Of a DNA stretch of 64,000 nucleotides, positions 27,301 to 37,383 are shown piece by piece. Each line of letters begins with the position of its first letter. Position 1 is the stretch's first letter. The translations under genes and the position numbers were made by a program. Source of the stretch: Owenia fusiformis (lineage: Eukaryota); contig CAIIXF020000001.1 of assembly GCA_903813345.2 (NCBI GenBank), positions 40,796,001 through 40,860,000 of the forward strand, in the 5' to 3' direction. The notes beneath the pieces were generated by a model, which saw nothing but the letters and a program-made list of their open reading frames with translations, searched no databases and was not told where the DNA came from.

Positions 27301-30300
27301 CGTGTTTCACTGGCATGCTGCAGATATTACAAAAGTTCATGCAGAAAAATTATGCAACACAGCATGTGTATTACAAATTTCATTCTTATAAAATATGGTT
27401 GTTGAAACATTCAAACCCACGTGAGATGAAGGTCTCTTACCACATAAGAAGGGACCTTGACTTTAAAAATCAGTCCTCAGTGTGCAAACTTTCTTATGAA
27501 ATATAGCACTTTACATTGTTATATAGGTGACAGGCACATTCTATTGAATGCAACAGTGGTACATTTACCATATGAGATTGCTCTGCCCTGGTATGATTAA
27601 CCAAGGGAAAGATCAATACCCGGTGATTTCAGCGTGGCGTTTCGTTCAGTGGATGAGCTGCGCGCACATGCATAAATGTGATTATCAATATTATTAGGGG
27701 AGGGATATTCAAGCTTATTTTCGTCATAGGCGCGACCCAGGGCTGTTGTCTTAAGGACATTTCGTTGAAAATTAGCCATTCGGCTGATAATTTGTAAGAA
27801 TTTGCGATCTTATAATGTATAACTGTTATTCAGACACATATTTTGACACGATTCTGTTGGAATTAAGCTTTGAACCGAGAGATATTCACGATTGATATGC
27901 ACATTTTTGATTGTGCCATTGCTTTTCCATTGCACAATCCATGTATTGATAGAAGTAACAATAATGCAGATTGTTTTACCTTCAATATATGGCAGATTCA
28001 CTACATATCGGTCTATTAAATACCATTTTGTGCCCTAAATAGTTTTATATTTCCATCACGGCCTGGGTGTGTTTGTCTCTTATGTGTATGCGTGTGAATT
28101 GGTGGGGCTGGTAGGGCCACCAATCCCCTGGCCCCGCCCATCCTTTATTCTACTTCCCACTTATTATAATTTATGCTGTAACATTTAGTGACTTCGCTGG
28201 AAAACAATAGGAATTATTTTTCTTGCCAATCAATCGTGAATCACAATCAAAATTTCAGAAAGGATCAATCAGACAATCGTCCAAAATCCAAATCAAGTTA
28301 TAACATTATATGATATTCAGCAAGAAGTCCGGTAGAAATAAAGAATATTTAAACATGAAAGCTGAAAGTTAAAAGCTAATCTGTCAATTTTCTGTCTGCA
28401 AAAGAATGTTTACATTTGACACAATAAAAGACCGAGGCTTTGAAATCTAGGATTCCCCAGGAAAATATGACGTCATACTAATTAGCATAAGGATTTCCCT
28501 AGTGGTATGGGTCGAGCATCGTCCGAAAACACAATCCGATAAATACATGCTAATTTGATGGGAAGTGTATGACGTGTTTATCCATTTTGTTTAACGATTT
28601 AATCAATTATCAAATTGTTTAAGTGGATAAAGTGGTCACACTTGCTTCAATTCATAGCGTAATCGACGGATAGAAACTGCACCGAATTCCCGATATCCTA
28701 CCCCGTATTATGTAGGCTATAACCACAGTGACCTGCAGATGGCGCTATCACAAACAAGTACTGCACGTACCGATAAATTCCCGGGTATTGTAACGCCCTT
28801 GGATTAACCTTGAAAATGAGTCTTACTATTTTGGGCCAAGAAGTTATATTTCTCTTCATTTAGCATTATTTAAACTACATACTGCATGTATATTCTCAAG
28901 AATGTCAAATAATTTCTCTCCATATAGCATTATCTTAGCTATGTGATAATTTGAAGAATGTCAAAAATGAATAACCATGTTGGTTGCCATGGATTTAAAA
29001 TTATTAATAAAAGGCCCAGAGCAACTTGGTTTATGTGATGAATGGCAGACCGGTTTTAACAAGCTGCAATGCACTCTCGGTTTTGTCTTGTTTTGTTTAT
29101 CAGTATGGTTATGTGACCACAGCAACTCCGTAAATGGCAGTTCTGGTTATTCTAAAAGAAATTAAAAACCAGCTTTGAACTTGATTGCCTGCCTGGCTCA
29201 AGGCCCATACCGAGTTTGCCAATGCTCATGTCATTTGAAAGGGTTTGTTCTGTTAATTTTTACTATACCCATAAGTTGGTCTCAAGGTATATATAAACAG
29301 GCCTGTCAACTTGGGAACACCTAACATGAGTGACTTGGAAATGTGGACACCTTGGTCCAATACAAAAAATTTCTAATGGAATGCGTGACATATACGTGAT
29401 CCGCGTGAAAAGTCCGAACGAAATGCGTACGTTTTTTTTTCGGCGTTCATATTTTTGCTGTGTAGACGAGCTTTTTTAGAAATTTTTCTACAGAAATATT
29501 TTTGCTTGACAATTACCAGGTAAAATGCGTATTTGCGTGACATTTTCTGTCACGCAAAAATAACTGGCGTGACTTCAAATTCTTCAGCAAATGCGTGACA
29601 AATACGCAAATTGCGGGACGGTTCGACAGGCCTGTATAAAGTATGTAGGATATTATATAAGCAATTATAATGTTATTTCCCTGTGGTCCCTCAGATAATA
29701 TCATATCGACGATTGTAAATTTGTGGACGAAAGGGATTCAGACGATTGGGATTCGGATCATTGGGATTCATACTATTAGGATTAGGACCAATGGTGAATC
29801 CTCTATACATCGCTCAAATGTCCAAGAGAGAAATGAACTTACAACTTAGGCATATTCATTTACTCTGCAATGACTCTCGTTACAAGTTGCTACTACAGTC
29901 TCAGCTGTAATGGCTAGCCTTTATGGCTCAGGGGTACAGCTTCAGACTCTGGGAGCGGAAGGTCCTGAGTTTGATTCACACGAAGCACTGAATTTAGCAC
30001 ACCCTTTCATGTCCAGTATCCGACTGGTCATACTACAGCTCCCTGGACAAGCATGCTCAGGTTGTTACAGTACAACAGAACGATCAGAAGAAATGCATGC
30101 TCTATGCTATGCTTCATGCTCTATGGGATGCTCTAATTGCATTTCACTAAATAATTTGAGTTCATTCATTGGCTTTCAATTTCTAAAATTGGCGGAGAAA
30201 AGGTGATTTATACCACAAAAGGAAGGAATAGTGCAAATGTACTGTAAGAATGGCCCAATTATTAGGATAGCCACATCTCATCAAGCCATTGTCTTTTTGC

Positions 30301-30931
30301 ACCCTTTATTCATAGAGCGAATAGATACAACCACTTATTACTTTCATCCATGTCAATAATTACAAGGGGAATATTGATGATGATGACGATGATCTGTGAT
30401 GATATATTTGCCTGATGCAATCTCTTATGAAACTTACTTTGGCGTATGTGTAAAGTTCTCGTTTCAGGAAACAGGTACATATTTCGGATTGTAAATAACT
30501 ATTTGATTTATTTGTTATTATGTAAGCAAAACACTTTCAACCAGTGGTCAACATGTTACCTCTGGCACGCTTATTCACCTATTCTGATTACAATTGACTT
30601 GTTTACCATCACTTCCGGTTATTGGGTGCACTTGAAATAAATGTTAAAAAACAAAAGAATCCACGTGCCGACAACTTGACAGTTGCACTTGAATTTATGA
30701 TCTAAATATAATCACGTCTTTTATGCTACAAATCAAGAACCTATTTCAGTGCAAACCACAATGAAGAATTCGGAAGCAGCCAATGCCTTGCCCAACCCAC
30801 CACATGGATGAATCATCAATTTTGACTTTGACTTTGAGTGCATCAATTTCATTTAGCTTTTTGCAAATAAACAGAGGTTCAACTTACTTTTTGAATGCCA
30901 CCAATGCGTTCTCTAAGCGTGTAAGCGTCAT
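18254..30931 (-). CDS. GADD45: GADD45-family growth arrest and DNA damage-inducible protein, spliced gene. Distal isoform 156 aa: join 30931-30888, 24847-24743, 24507-24384, 19933-19835, 18352-18254
   Basis: Spliced product MTLTRLENALVAFKKDTMDIGASLKETLKSAHETGRTTCGVYECAQVLETNPDNIMMCLLPSSSDDDDVTMHIHFTLIEAFCWENDIRLMRVDSAEKLSKILGKTKNDNERPTRTEDFNCVLVEYPTSETSEFEEDMAEYYKKTCHMNPSPIIALP*. It carries the GADD45 hallmarks GVYE, PDN..CLL, IHFTLI.AFC.ENDI..RV, D..CVLV and P.I.LP. All junctions are GT-AG and in phase. Confidence 0.93.
19835..19933 (-). CDS. GADD45: GADD45 exon 4
   Basis: VDSAEKLSKILGKTKNDNERPTRTEDFNCVLVE; ttgCAG acceptor, GTGAGT donor, phase 0/0. Confidence 0.92.
24384..24507 (-). CDS. 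GADD45: GADD45 exon 3
   Basis: NPDNIMMCLLPSSSDDDDVTMHIHFTLIEAFCWENDIRLMR; ttaCAG acceptor, GTAAGT donor. Confidence 0.95.
24743..24847 (-). CDS. GADD45: GADD45 exon 2
   Basis: tttttTAG acceptor; DTMDIGASLKETLKSAHETGRTTCGVYECAQVLE; donor GTAAGC. Confidence 0.92.
25064..25194 (-). CDS. GADD45: GADD45 proximal alternative first coding exon (MYRKLNIMRMNSMDSMGSACSTCSPCIDTESQNVFDMDFTKIN-)
   Basis: Open frame with several in-frame ATGs; donor AG|GTAAAG in phase 2, compatible with exon 24847; TATA and Inr upstream. The ATG actually used is uncertain. Confidence 0.65.
25256..25289 (-). promoter_or_regulatory. TATA box plus Inr-like core promoter for the proximal GADD45 exon
   Basis: TATAAG at 25289-25284 and TCAGA with its A at 25258, 31 nt downstream (canonical spacing). 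Confidence 0.5.
25878..26505 (+). mobile_element. CAGGCCCGTAGCCAGG-family MITE split by a nested insertion
   Basis: Left half 25878-25986 and right half 26406-26505 join to match the intact copy at 4062-4266. Confidence 0.85.
25987..26405 (+). mobile_element. hAT-like non-autonomous element with a 6-bp TSD (nested)
   Basis: TIR CAGGCCTGTCAACT / AGTTGACAGGCCTG; TSD GAGAAG at 25981-25986 and 26406-26411; internal ~20-bp AAGGTGTTCA repeats. Confidence 0.88.
26959..27122 (+). mobile_element. Third, internally deleted copy of the CAGGCCCGTAGCCAGG MITE
   Basis: Same sequence as 4062-4200, ending CCCGGCTACGTCTG. Confidence 0.8.
28449..28800. promoter_or_regulatory. Candidate enhancer (kB-like, CRE, octamer-like and CTCF motifs) between the two GADD45 first exons
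   Basis: AGGATTCCCC 28449-28458, TGACGTCA 28468-28475, ATTAGCAT 28481-28488, AGGATTTCCC 28490-28499, ATGCTAAT 28547-28554 and CCTGCAGATGGCGCTA 28732-28747 in a CpG-rich patch. Confidence 0.4.
29298..29634 (-). mobile_element. Second copy (inverted, shorter) of the 6-bp-TSD hAT-like element
   Basis: CAGGCCTGTCAAC...TCGACAGGCCTG; TSD TATAAA at 29292-29297 and 29635-29640; reverse complement of 25987-26405 lacking most internal repeats. Confidence 0.88.
29912..30110 (+). mobile_element. Decayed tRNA-derived SINE
   Basis: A-box TGGCTCAGGGG and B-box-like GGTCCTGAGTTTGATTC at tRNA spacing. The 3' boundary is uncertain. Confidence 0.5.
30888..30931 (-). CDS. GADD45: GADD45 distal first coding exon (MTLTRLENALVAFK-)
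   Basis: ATG at 30931 in context agaATGa; 44 coding nt; donor AA|GTAAGT in phase 2, matching exon 24847. The 'MTL' start resembles vertebrate GADD45 'MTLEE'. Confidence 0.75.
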
Positions 30932-30959
30932 TCTGCATCTGACTTAAACGTTGACGTTG

Positions 30960-31160
30960 GATATCGCTCTTGTAAATCGAATTTCTTTGCAGATATTTCA
31001 AAAATCGTGGTTGTGTCAGAGGATCGTCTATTGGAATTTGCTAACGTGGTTATTTCCTCATCTCATTAGAATATTCATGAGTGCTTGAAATACCCGTTGC
31101 TGATTGGTTCAAATCAAGGTCACCCCTCAAATTATGGCAGGTGCGCGCATGGCAATTCTT
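30960..31160 (-). promoter_or_regulatory. Distal GADD45 promoter and 5' UTR
   Basis: CpG-enriched relative to the flanks; CCAAT box at 31107-31103; NRF1-like GTGCGCGCAT at 31141-31150. Confidence 0.45.
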
Positions 31161-31737
31161 ATCAATATTCCAGCAAATTTACTGTTTTCTCTATCATATG
31201 AGTATTTTCCTGAATTTTATTTATGAAATATTTAAGATGGAAACCTATGTAACACATCTGACTAGGTTTTGTAGAAACAGCATGGTTTAAATCTTGCGAA
31301 AAACACTGTTATGTGATTTGTTTACATTTTAAACCTGACCTCGAAAGTGAAAGTACCTCGTGACTTCTTAGGAAACAGGAAGATCAGTGCAAAATTCAAT
31401 GAACATGGACATATCAGACTTATCAATGGGATGTTTTGGTGGATTTCTTTGTAAATCCCCAAACAAAAAAAACATTGGATATCAATTGGAGCAATCCACT
31501 TCATGCCATAGTTTAGACATGTGCATTTCAACAATTTCATGGCTTATTAAGTTATATAGATACAGGGAATGTAACATGTATAATGATTATGAATCATCAA
31601 TATTCATGAGGATCAGTTGATGGAATACTTGTGATGAGTAGGGACCATGACGTGGCTCGTGCTTACTTATTAGTCATCAATTAAAATAACAACTACCCCA
31701 ACAAACAAATCATTCCAAGTTTCTTTATTTCAATCTT

Positions 31738-32375
31738 ATTGCCAATTATTCCATCAAGGCTGGGGATTCAATGCCAACTATTGTGTTGGGATCCTATGCT
31801 AATATTATTGTGTTGGGATCATATGCCAACTATTGCATTGGGATCCTATGCTAATATTATTGTGTTGGGATCATATGCCAATTATGCCATATTATATAAT
31901 AATGTTGGGATCATATGCCAATTATTGTGTAATAATCCTATGTCATTATTATGTTGGGATCATATGCCAATTATTGTGTAATAATCCTATGCCATTATTA
32001 TGTTGGGATCATATGCCAATTATTGTGATGGGAACATATATGACAATTCCTGGATCCTATGCCAATTATTGTGTTGGAATCATATGCCAATTATTATGTT
32101 GGGATCATCCTATGCCAATTATTGTGTTGGGGTCATATGCCAATTATTATGTTGGGATCATCCTATGCCAATTATTGTGTTGGGATCATATGCCAATTAT
32201 TATGTTGGGATCATATGCCAATTATTGTGTTGGGATTATATGCTTATATTGGGTAAGGATACTAGCCTGGGTTCTATGACAATTATTGTTTTGGGATAAT
32301 ATGCCAACTGTTGTCTTGGGATTATTCACCAGTTGTTATGTTTGAATCATATGCCAATTATTGTGTTGGGATCCT
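31738..32375. repeat. Minisatellite, ~25-28-bp unit TGCCAATTATT(G/A)TGTTGGGATCATA
   Basis: More than 20 variant units; explains the overlapping repetitive ORFs at 31739-32299. Confidence 0.95.
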
Positions 32376-32875
32376 CTGCAGCTTTTATGTTACAATATTA
32401 TTGTCAGTTATTGAGTTGCATCACTTAACTTAATGGTTAAACATTGTGAAAATGACATTTTAAAAATGAGACTTAAAAATGGGACTAAAAGGGAGTTTGT
32501 CGAATCCACCAAAGAGGGGGGGGGGGGGAGTCTGAGTCTGGGCCTGTGAGTGTGGGACCACCAGAGACTTGATTTAATGATAGGTGACTAAAGTTAAGAC
32601 TAAGTTGGTGGCCACCCAGAAGATTTAATTACATCCTTTCTTCAGAACTATAATCATACATGCACAATATACTAATAATGATGTATTGCTCAGTATCACA
32701 CAAGTCTGTAACAAATACACAACAATGATTCCAACACTTACTGACTTAGTGGGAGACAAAATATGTAATTTTCACTATAGTAAACCACAAGAGATATTTC
32801 TAACATGACTTGGTCACCTCAAGGTGGCACTGGGCATGATCCAAGTAGGAGAGAATTGACATGATTTAATTACTC

Positions 32876-33065
32876 AGATGCGAGTAGGTAGTTACCAGTT
32901 TCGCCACCAGGTGGCTGATTCGGGGGAAATAACATGGCAGGGTATTGCAAAATTCCCTTAAACTTGAATATGCATCAGTTTTAATGGTTCACTTTTCAAA
33001 TTACCCTTATGTATGTGATAGTTATACAAATTAAAATATGTCCAGTAAAAGAAAATATTATCTGC
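32876..33065 (+). mobile_element. Dispersed repeat, 5' part (same family as 39144-39524)
   Basis: Shared ATGCGAGTAGGTAGTT.CCAGTTT...CCACCAGGTGGCT...TATGTCCAGTAAAAGAAAAT. Confidence 0.7.
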
Positions 33066-35396
33066 CACATCTGTATCTGTGAATTGTAAAATTGTTTTAA
33101 CAATTCACAGGTTGCTTTAGAACTAACCTCACCACCCAGGGTAATTAAAAAATAACACATTACCAACAGTTAAAAAAAAGTAACTGGTAGAACAACAATA
33201 TTAAATATACACGTTGTTTTTGCTCATATGGAGCACCTTTATTGTTAAAACAAAGTACTGGTATATGCAATGATATATGACAATAATACTGAGGCCACAT
33301 GGGCGGATCTGGGAACCAACTTGGGGGGGGGGGGGGGGGGCATATTTCAACAAAAAAATTCTGTTCTTGCAACAAATTCAATACAAGATGATTTTAATTA
33401 AATTAATATACCCCCAGAACATTTTGCCAATATTCATCTTAGACCATGATCATATACTGTAGGACGTTATAGCACAATTCCATCATAATATTTTTGGGTT
33501 CAGTATAATGGTAATGGCATGGTTTCTGTGATGTGTATAAGAAACATACATCCTTGGTCCAAGGGAACTAATTCTTTCCATAGCTGCAAAGAAGCATAGA
33601 CCGATGAGAAACATATTGAAATCTACAATTTTCTTTTGGTCTCTGAGTAAACACTTTGACTTTTAATAACAATGTTCTTTGATTCACCATGGTGATGGAT
33701 GTAATTGTTGTTATGGAGATCCACCTTACCAAAGTAGCATTCATTTGGATTCTACCTATTCCAGTATTCAGAGTATAGGTAGCTATAGAATCTGATTTGG
33801 GTTGCATTTGACTGTGATTTGGTGCAGTTAGTGCAGCATCAGGTATGACACTAATAAGTTTGTGTTGTACAACATATATGTATAATGTACAGTAAGGGCT
33901 GACAAATAAAAACATCCCATTTCTATGTAATGAATGAATAGTACAGTATCATATTTACTTAAATCAAAGTCAAATGGATTTAGTTCACACAAATAAATGC
34001 TATTGTTCCCATTACTGACACCAGCAGGATTTATCAAAAAAGTTTATTTGATTATGCTCCTTCCCTACATATGCTGCATGTTACAAAATGTTTGTTTAAA
34101 AACATTATGAAAGCTATGAATAACAGGTTGTTTTTATTGTTATTATCTTATAATTATTTTGTTGATCATTCTTGATTTTGTTATTTTAAAATAATGGGGC
34201 CACCCAAAAGCCAAATATTTCGTATGTCCTCAAAAAATGGGGCTTTTGGGCATAATTTGGCTTTTTAGGCCAAATTATAAAAAATGGACTTAAGGGGCTC
34301 AAAATATTTTACCCCCCCCCCCAAGCGCAAGAGATTTTTTTTCCCGACTCAAAATTTGGGCCTCCCCCATGTTAGCTCCTGGCTTCGCCAGTGAAGGGTG
34401 TGGAAAAGAGGGGAATGCAAGATTATTAACGAAGATTGGATTAACTTTCCTTTTCCAGTTTTCATCAAAACTCACAATATGAAACCTGTATTTCAATAAA
34501 GTTCTTCTTGTTTACTTTGACTTCCTAGTTACTTTCCCAGAACATTATAGCTAGTTGAGCACAACTGGTTCACTCTTTTCCTGTATTTACAGTACAACCT
34601 ATCAACCACATGACCATATTATATCACAATGAACATTCACTTTCCAAATAGTTTCTAAGACTAAAGGTGGCCTTAAGAAATGAAAAGTAATATCAGTTAT
34701 TCATGTCTGTAGGTAACATAAACCTTAAAAACATTCTATGTTTGCTTTGACCATTTATAAGTCACCTTGACTTTTGATGTTTTACATGCACAATTAGGAA
34801 ATTGCATGACTGTGATTTTTAATGAAGATGATCGTCTTTGTGTTCACAGTTTTGTTTCAAATTTTGCTTCCTGATTCTCAAACCTTGGACCTCTAACTTC
34901 AGTAAAATTACAACACAAATTACAAATTATAAAGGACACAATGACATTAATTTCCATGTTCTGCGAATTTAGCTGTGATAGCTGAATATCTGGAGAAAAC
35001 TAGTTAAGCATAGATCTGAATCAATCCTACATTTGTAAGTTTAAGTAAACACAATATCAAATTACATATTAAGACCTTACCCACTGGATTCTATTGTTTC
35101 ATCCCATGTGACTCATAAATCATTAACACGTTTCATTTGTATTTTTGTCACTTCAAAGAACAATGTCACCAAAAAACTAAAGGTCAATCCACAACTAGAA
35201 AATGGCAACTCCATGTCCATGAAGTAGCAAATCCCATCAAACAAAAAATTATTCATAAATATTAATACAATATTTACAGTCTACATGAACTGTTAAAGAG
35301 AAAAATCCTCAATTTGCATATTAAAAGGCATACATCAGGGAAATCTTAGAATTTCCACAAATTCAAGGTTTGGTTGACCGTTTTGAATACAATATA

Positions 35397-36272
35397 CACT
35401 CCCCTCCATAAGTTTGGCAACCTTTTTTCCCCCATTGAACTACGTGTTAAAGCCTCTTTACCTTTGAATTTTTATTTACTTAACCTGCGACGAAAATACT
35501 TATACTATTGATGGAAACGTAATTTGACTTTAATTCCAATACCTCCAAATTTTCTCAATTTTTTTCCTCAATTACAATAGGTCGAAAATTGATGATAAAT
35601 TTGATGAATTTTTGAAAATCGACATTTCCATGTTAACCAATGGGAAATTGTAGGTTTGCCGCAAGTCATATGACAGAATATCCATCCATCCGAGTCCTTG
35701 CAAAAAATACGAGTTAGGCAGACAATAGAATTTGCTAACTTTATTTAACAAAAAATTGATATGTTTCTTCAGGTTCAACAAAGTTATAGGGCTTTAAAGT
35801 CAAAATTCTTTTTCAAAAAACCTCTCCCATTGAAATAACACAGGAGGCGAAAAATTATTTTCAAAAATGACTTTGAAGCGCTGTAACTTTAATATTCATC
35901 AAATAAACTTATCACTTAGTGTTCAAAAAAGTTAGACAATTCAATTTTCTATATAAAAATATTTTTTGCTGAATCTTTTAATGAAACGATATCCTGATTT
36001 CTGATTTGCCCCGAATCCTCCATTTCCCATTGGATTACATGGGAATGACGATTTTCAAAAATTCATCAAATTTATCATCAATTTTCGACCTATCGTAATT
36101 GAGGAAAAAAATTGAGAAAATTTGGAGGTATTGGAAATAAAGTCAAGTTACGTTTCCATTTATATTATAAGTTATTTCATCGCCGGTGAAGTAAATAAAA
36201 ATTCAAACGTAAAGAGGCTTTAACACGTAGTTCAATGGGGAAAAAAGGTTGCCAAACTTATGGAGGGGAGTG
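35397..36272. mobile_element. Tc1/mariner-type non-autonomous element with ~230-bp TIRs
   Basis: TA|CACTCCCCTCCATAAGTTTGGCAACC ... GGTTGCCAAACTTATGGAGGGGAGTG|TA; long near-perfect inverted arms. Confidence 0.9.
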
Positions 36273-36401
36273 TATGTGATCTACTTTAAAATATATTCCA
36301 TTTAAACATAAACACAGGGTGGAATAACAAAATTTATCTGCTATATTACTGCAAATTCCAACCTCAGGTGACTATTTTGGATTTCCTTGACAAGAATCGG
36401 C

Positions 36402-36995
36402 ACAAGACACACAGTGATAAATATTGCACTCGAAAGATTACACAGCAACTTCATCAGACATAATCCACTCGAAAGAATACACAGCAACTTCATCAGATAT
36501 ATTGCACTCGAAAGATTACATAGCAACTTCATCAGACACATTGCACTCGAAAGATTACACAGTAACTTCATCAGATATATTGCACTCGAAAGATTACACA
36601 GCAACTTCATCAGATATATTGCACTCGAAAGATTACACAGCAACTTCATCAGATATATTGCACTCGAAAGATTACACAGCAACTTCATCAGATATATTGC
36701 ACTCGAAAGATTACACAGCAACTTCATCAGATATATTGCACTCGAAAGATTACACAGCAACTTCATCAGATATATTGCACTCGAAAGATTACACAGCAAC
36801 TTCATCAGATATATTGCACTCGAAAGATTACACAGCAACTTCATCAGATTTATTGCACTCAAAAGATTACACAGCAACTTCATCGTTGTTTTCCTGGAAT
36901 TTTGATGATAAGATTTATTGTGGCAACTGCCCTCCTGCATGCACACCCATCAGCACAAGACAACAATATAGCACTTTTTCAAAGTGCAATAAAAA
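36402..36995 (+). mobile_element. HINE-like (Helentron-associated) element whose core is a 39-bp tandem array
   Basis: 5' ACAAGACACACAGTGATAAATATTGCACT and 3' CAATATAGCACTTTTTCAAAGTGCAATAAAA match the ends of 48267-49714. Confidence 0.75.
36421..36884. repeat. 39-bp tandem repeat x~12 (ATATTGCACTCGAAAGATTACACAGCAACTTCATCAGAT)
   Basis: Near-perfect units read directly. Confidence 0.97.
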
Positions 36996-37383
36996 GATAC
37001 AATATTTGCAATCTTCTTTACAATGCCCTTCATTTGAATGTATGGAAGTCATACTTCTGATAGATCTCAAATTAAAAATTCCTGTCCCCCCCCCCGAACA
37101 CAGCCCCTCTGGGGTTGGGCTGACAGCCAGGCAGAGAGGGACAGATCGAGATGGAAAGGTGGATGCATGGACAGAGGGCTACATCAAACATCATTCATTA
37201 GGTTAAACATAGGCCTACATGTTTGGACAGTAAGGAGCCAAGTGTGATCATAGTTTTTAAAGAACAATTCCTCCACTTTGGATAATGTACAATTTAGTAT
37301 GAACATTTTGAACTGAATCATATTTTACTTGATGCAAGGCTAACCAGTGCTCCACATCTGGAATAGAAACAATCAAACAGAAA

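Noticed and set aside
25820..27340. ORFs of 61-142 aa
   Set aside because: They derive largely from MITE sequence and have no transposase motifs.
31739..32299. Cys/Trp-rich ORFs
   Set aside because: Translations of the 25-28-bp minisatellite.
33568..33915. 115-aa ORF or possible decayed THAP-like transposon remnant
   Set aside because: Only vague Cys-pattern similarity, across stops and frameshifts; not supportable without a search.
36341..37206. Long repetitive ORFs of 172-260 aa on both strands
   Set aside because: By-product of a stop-free 39-bp (multiple of 3) tandem repeat inside a HINE-like element.
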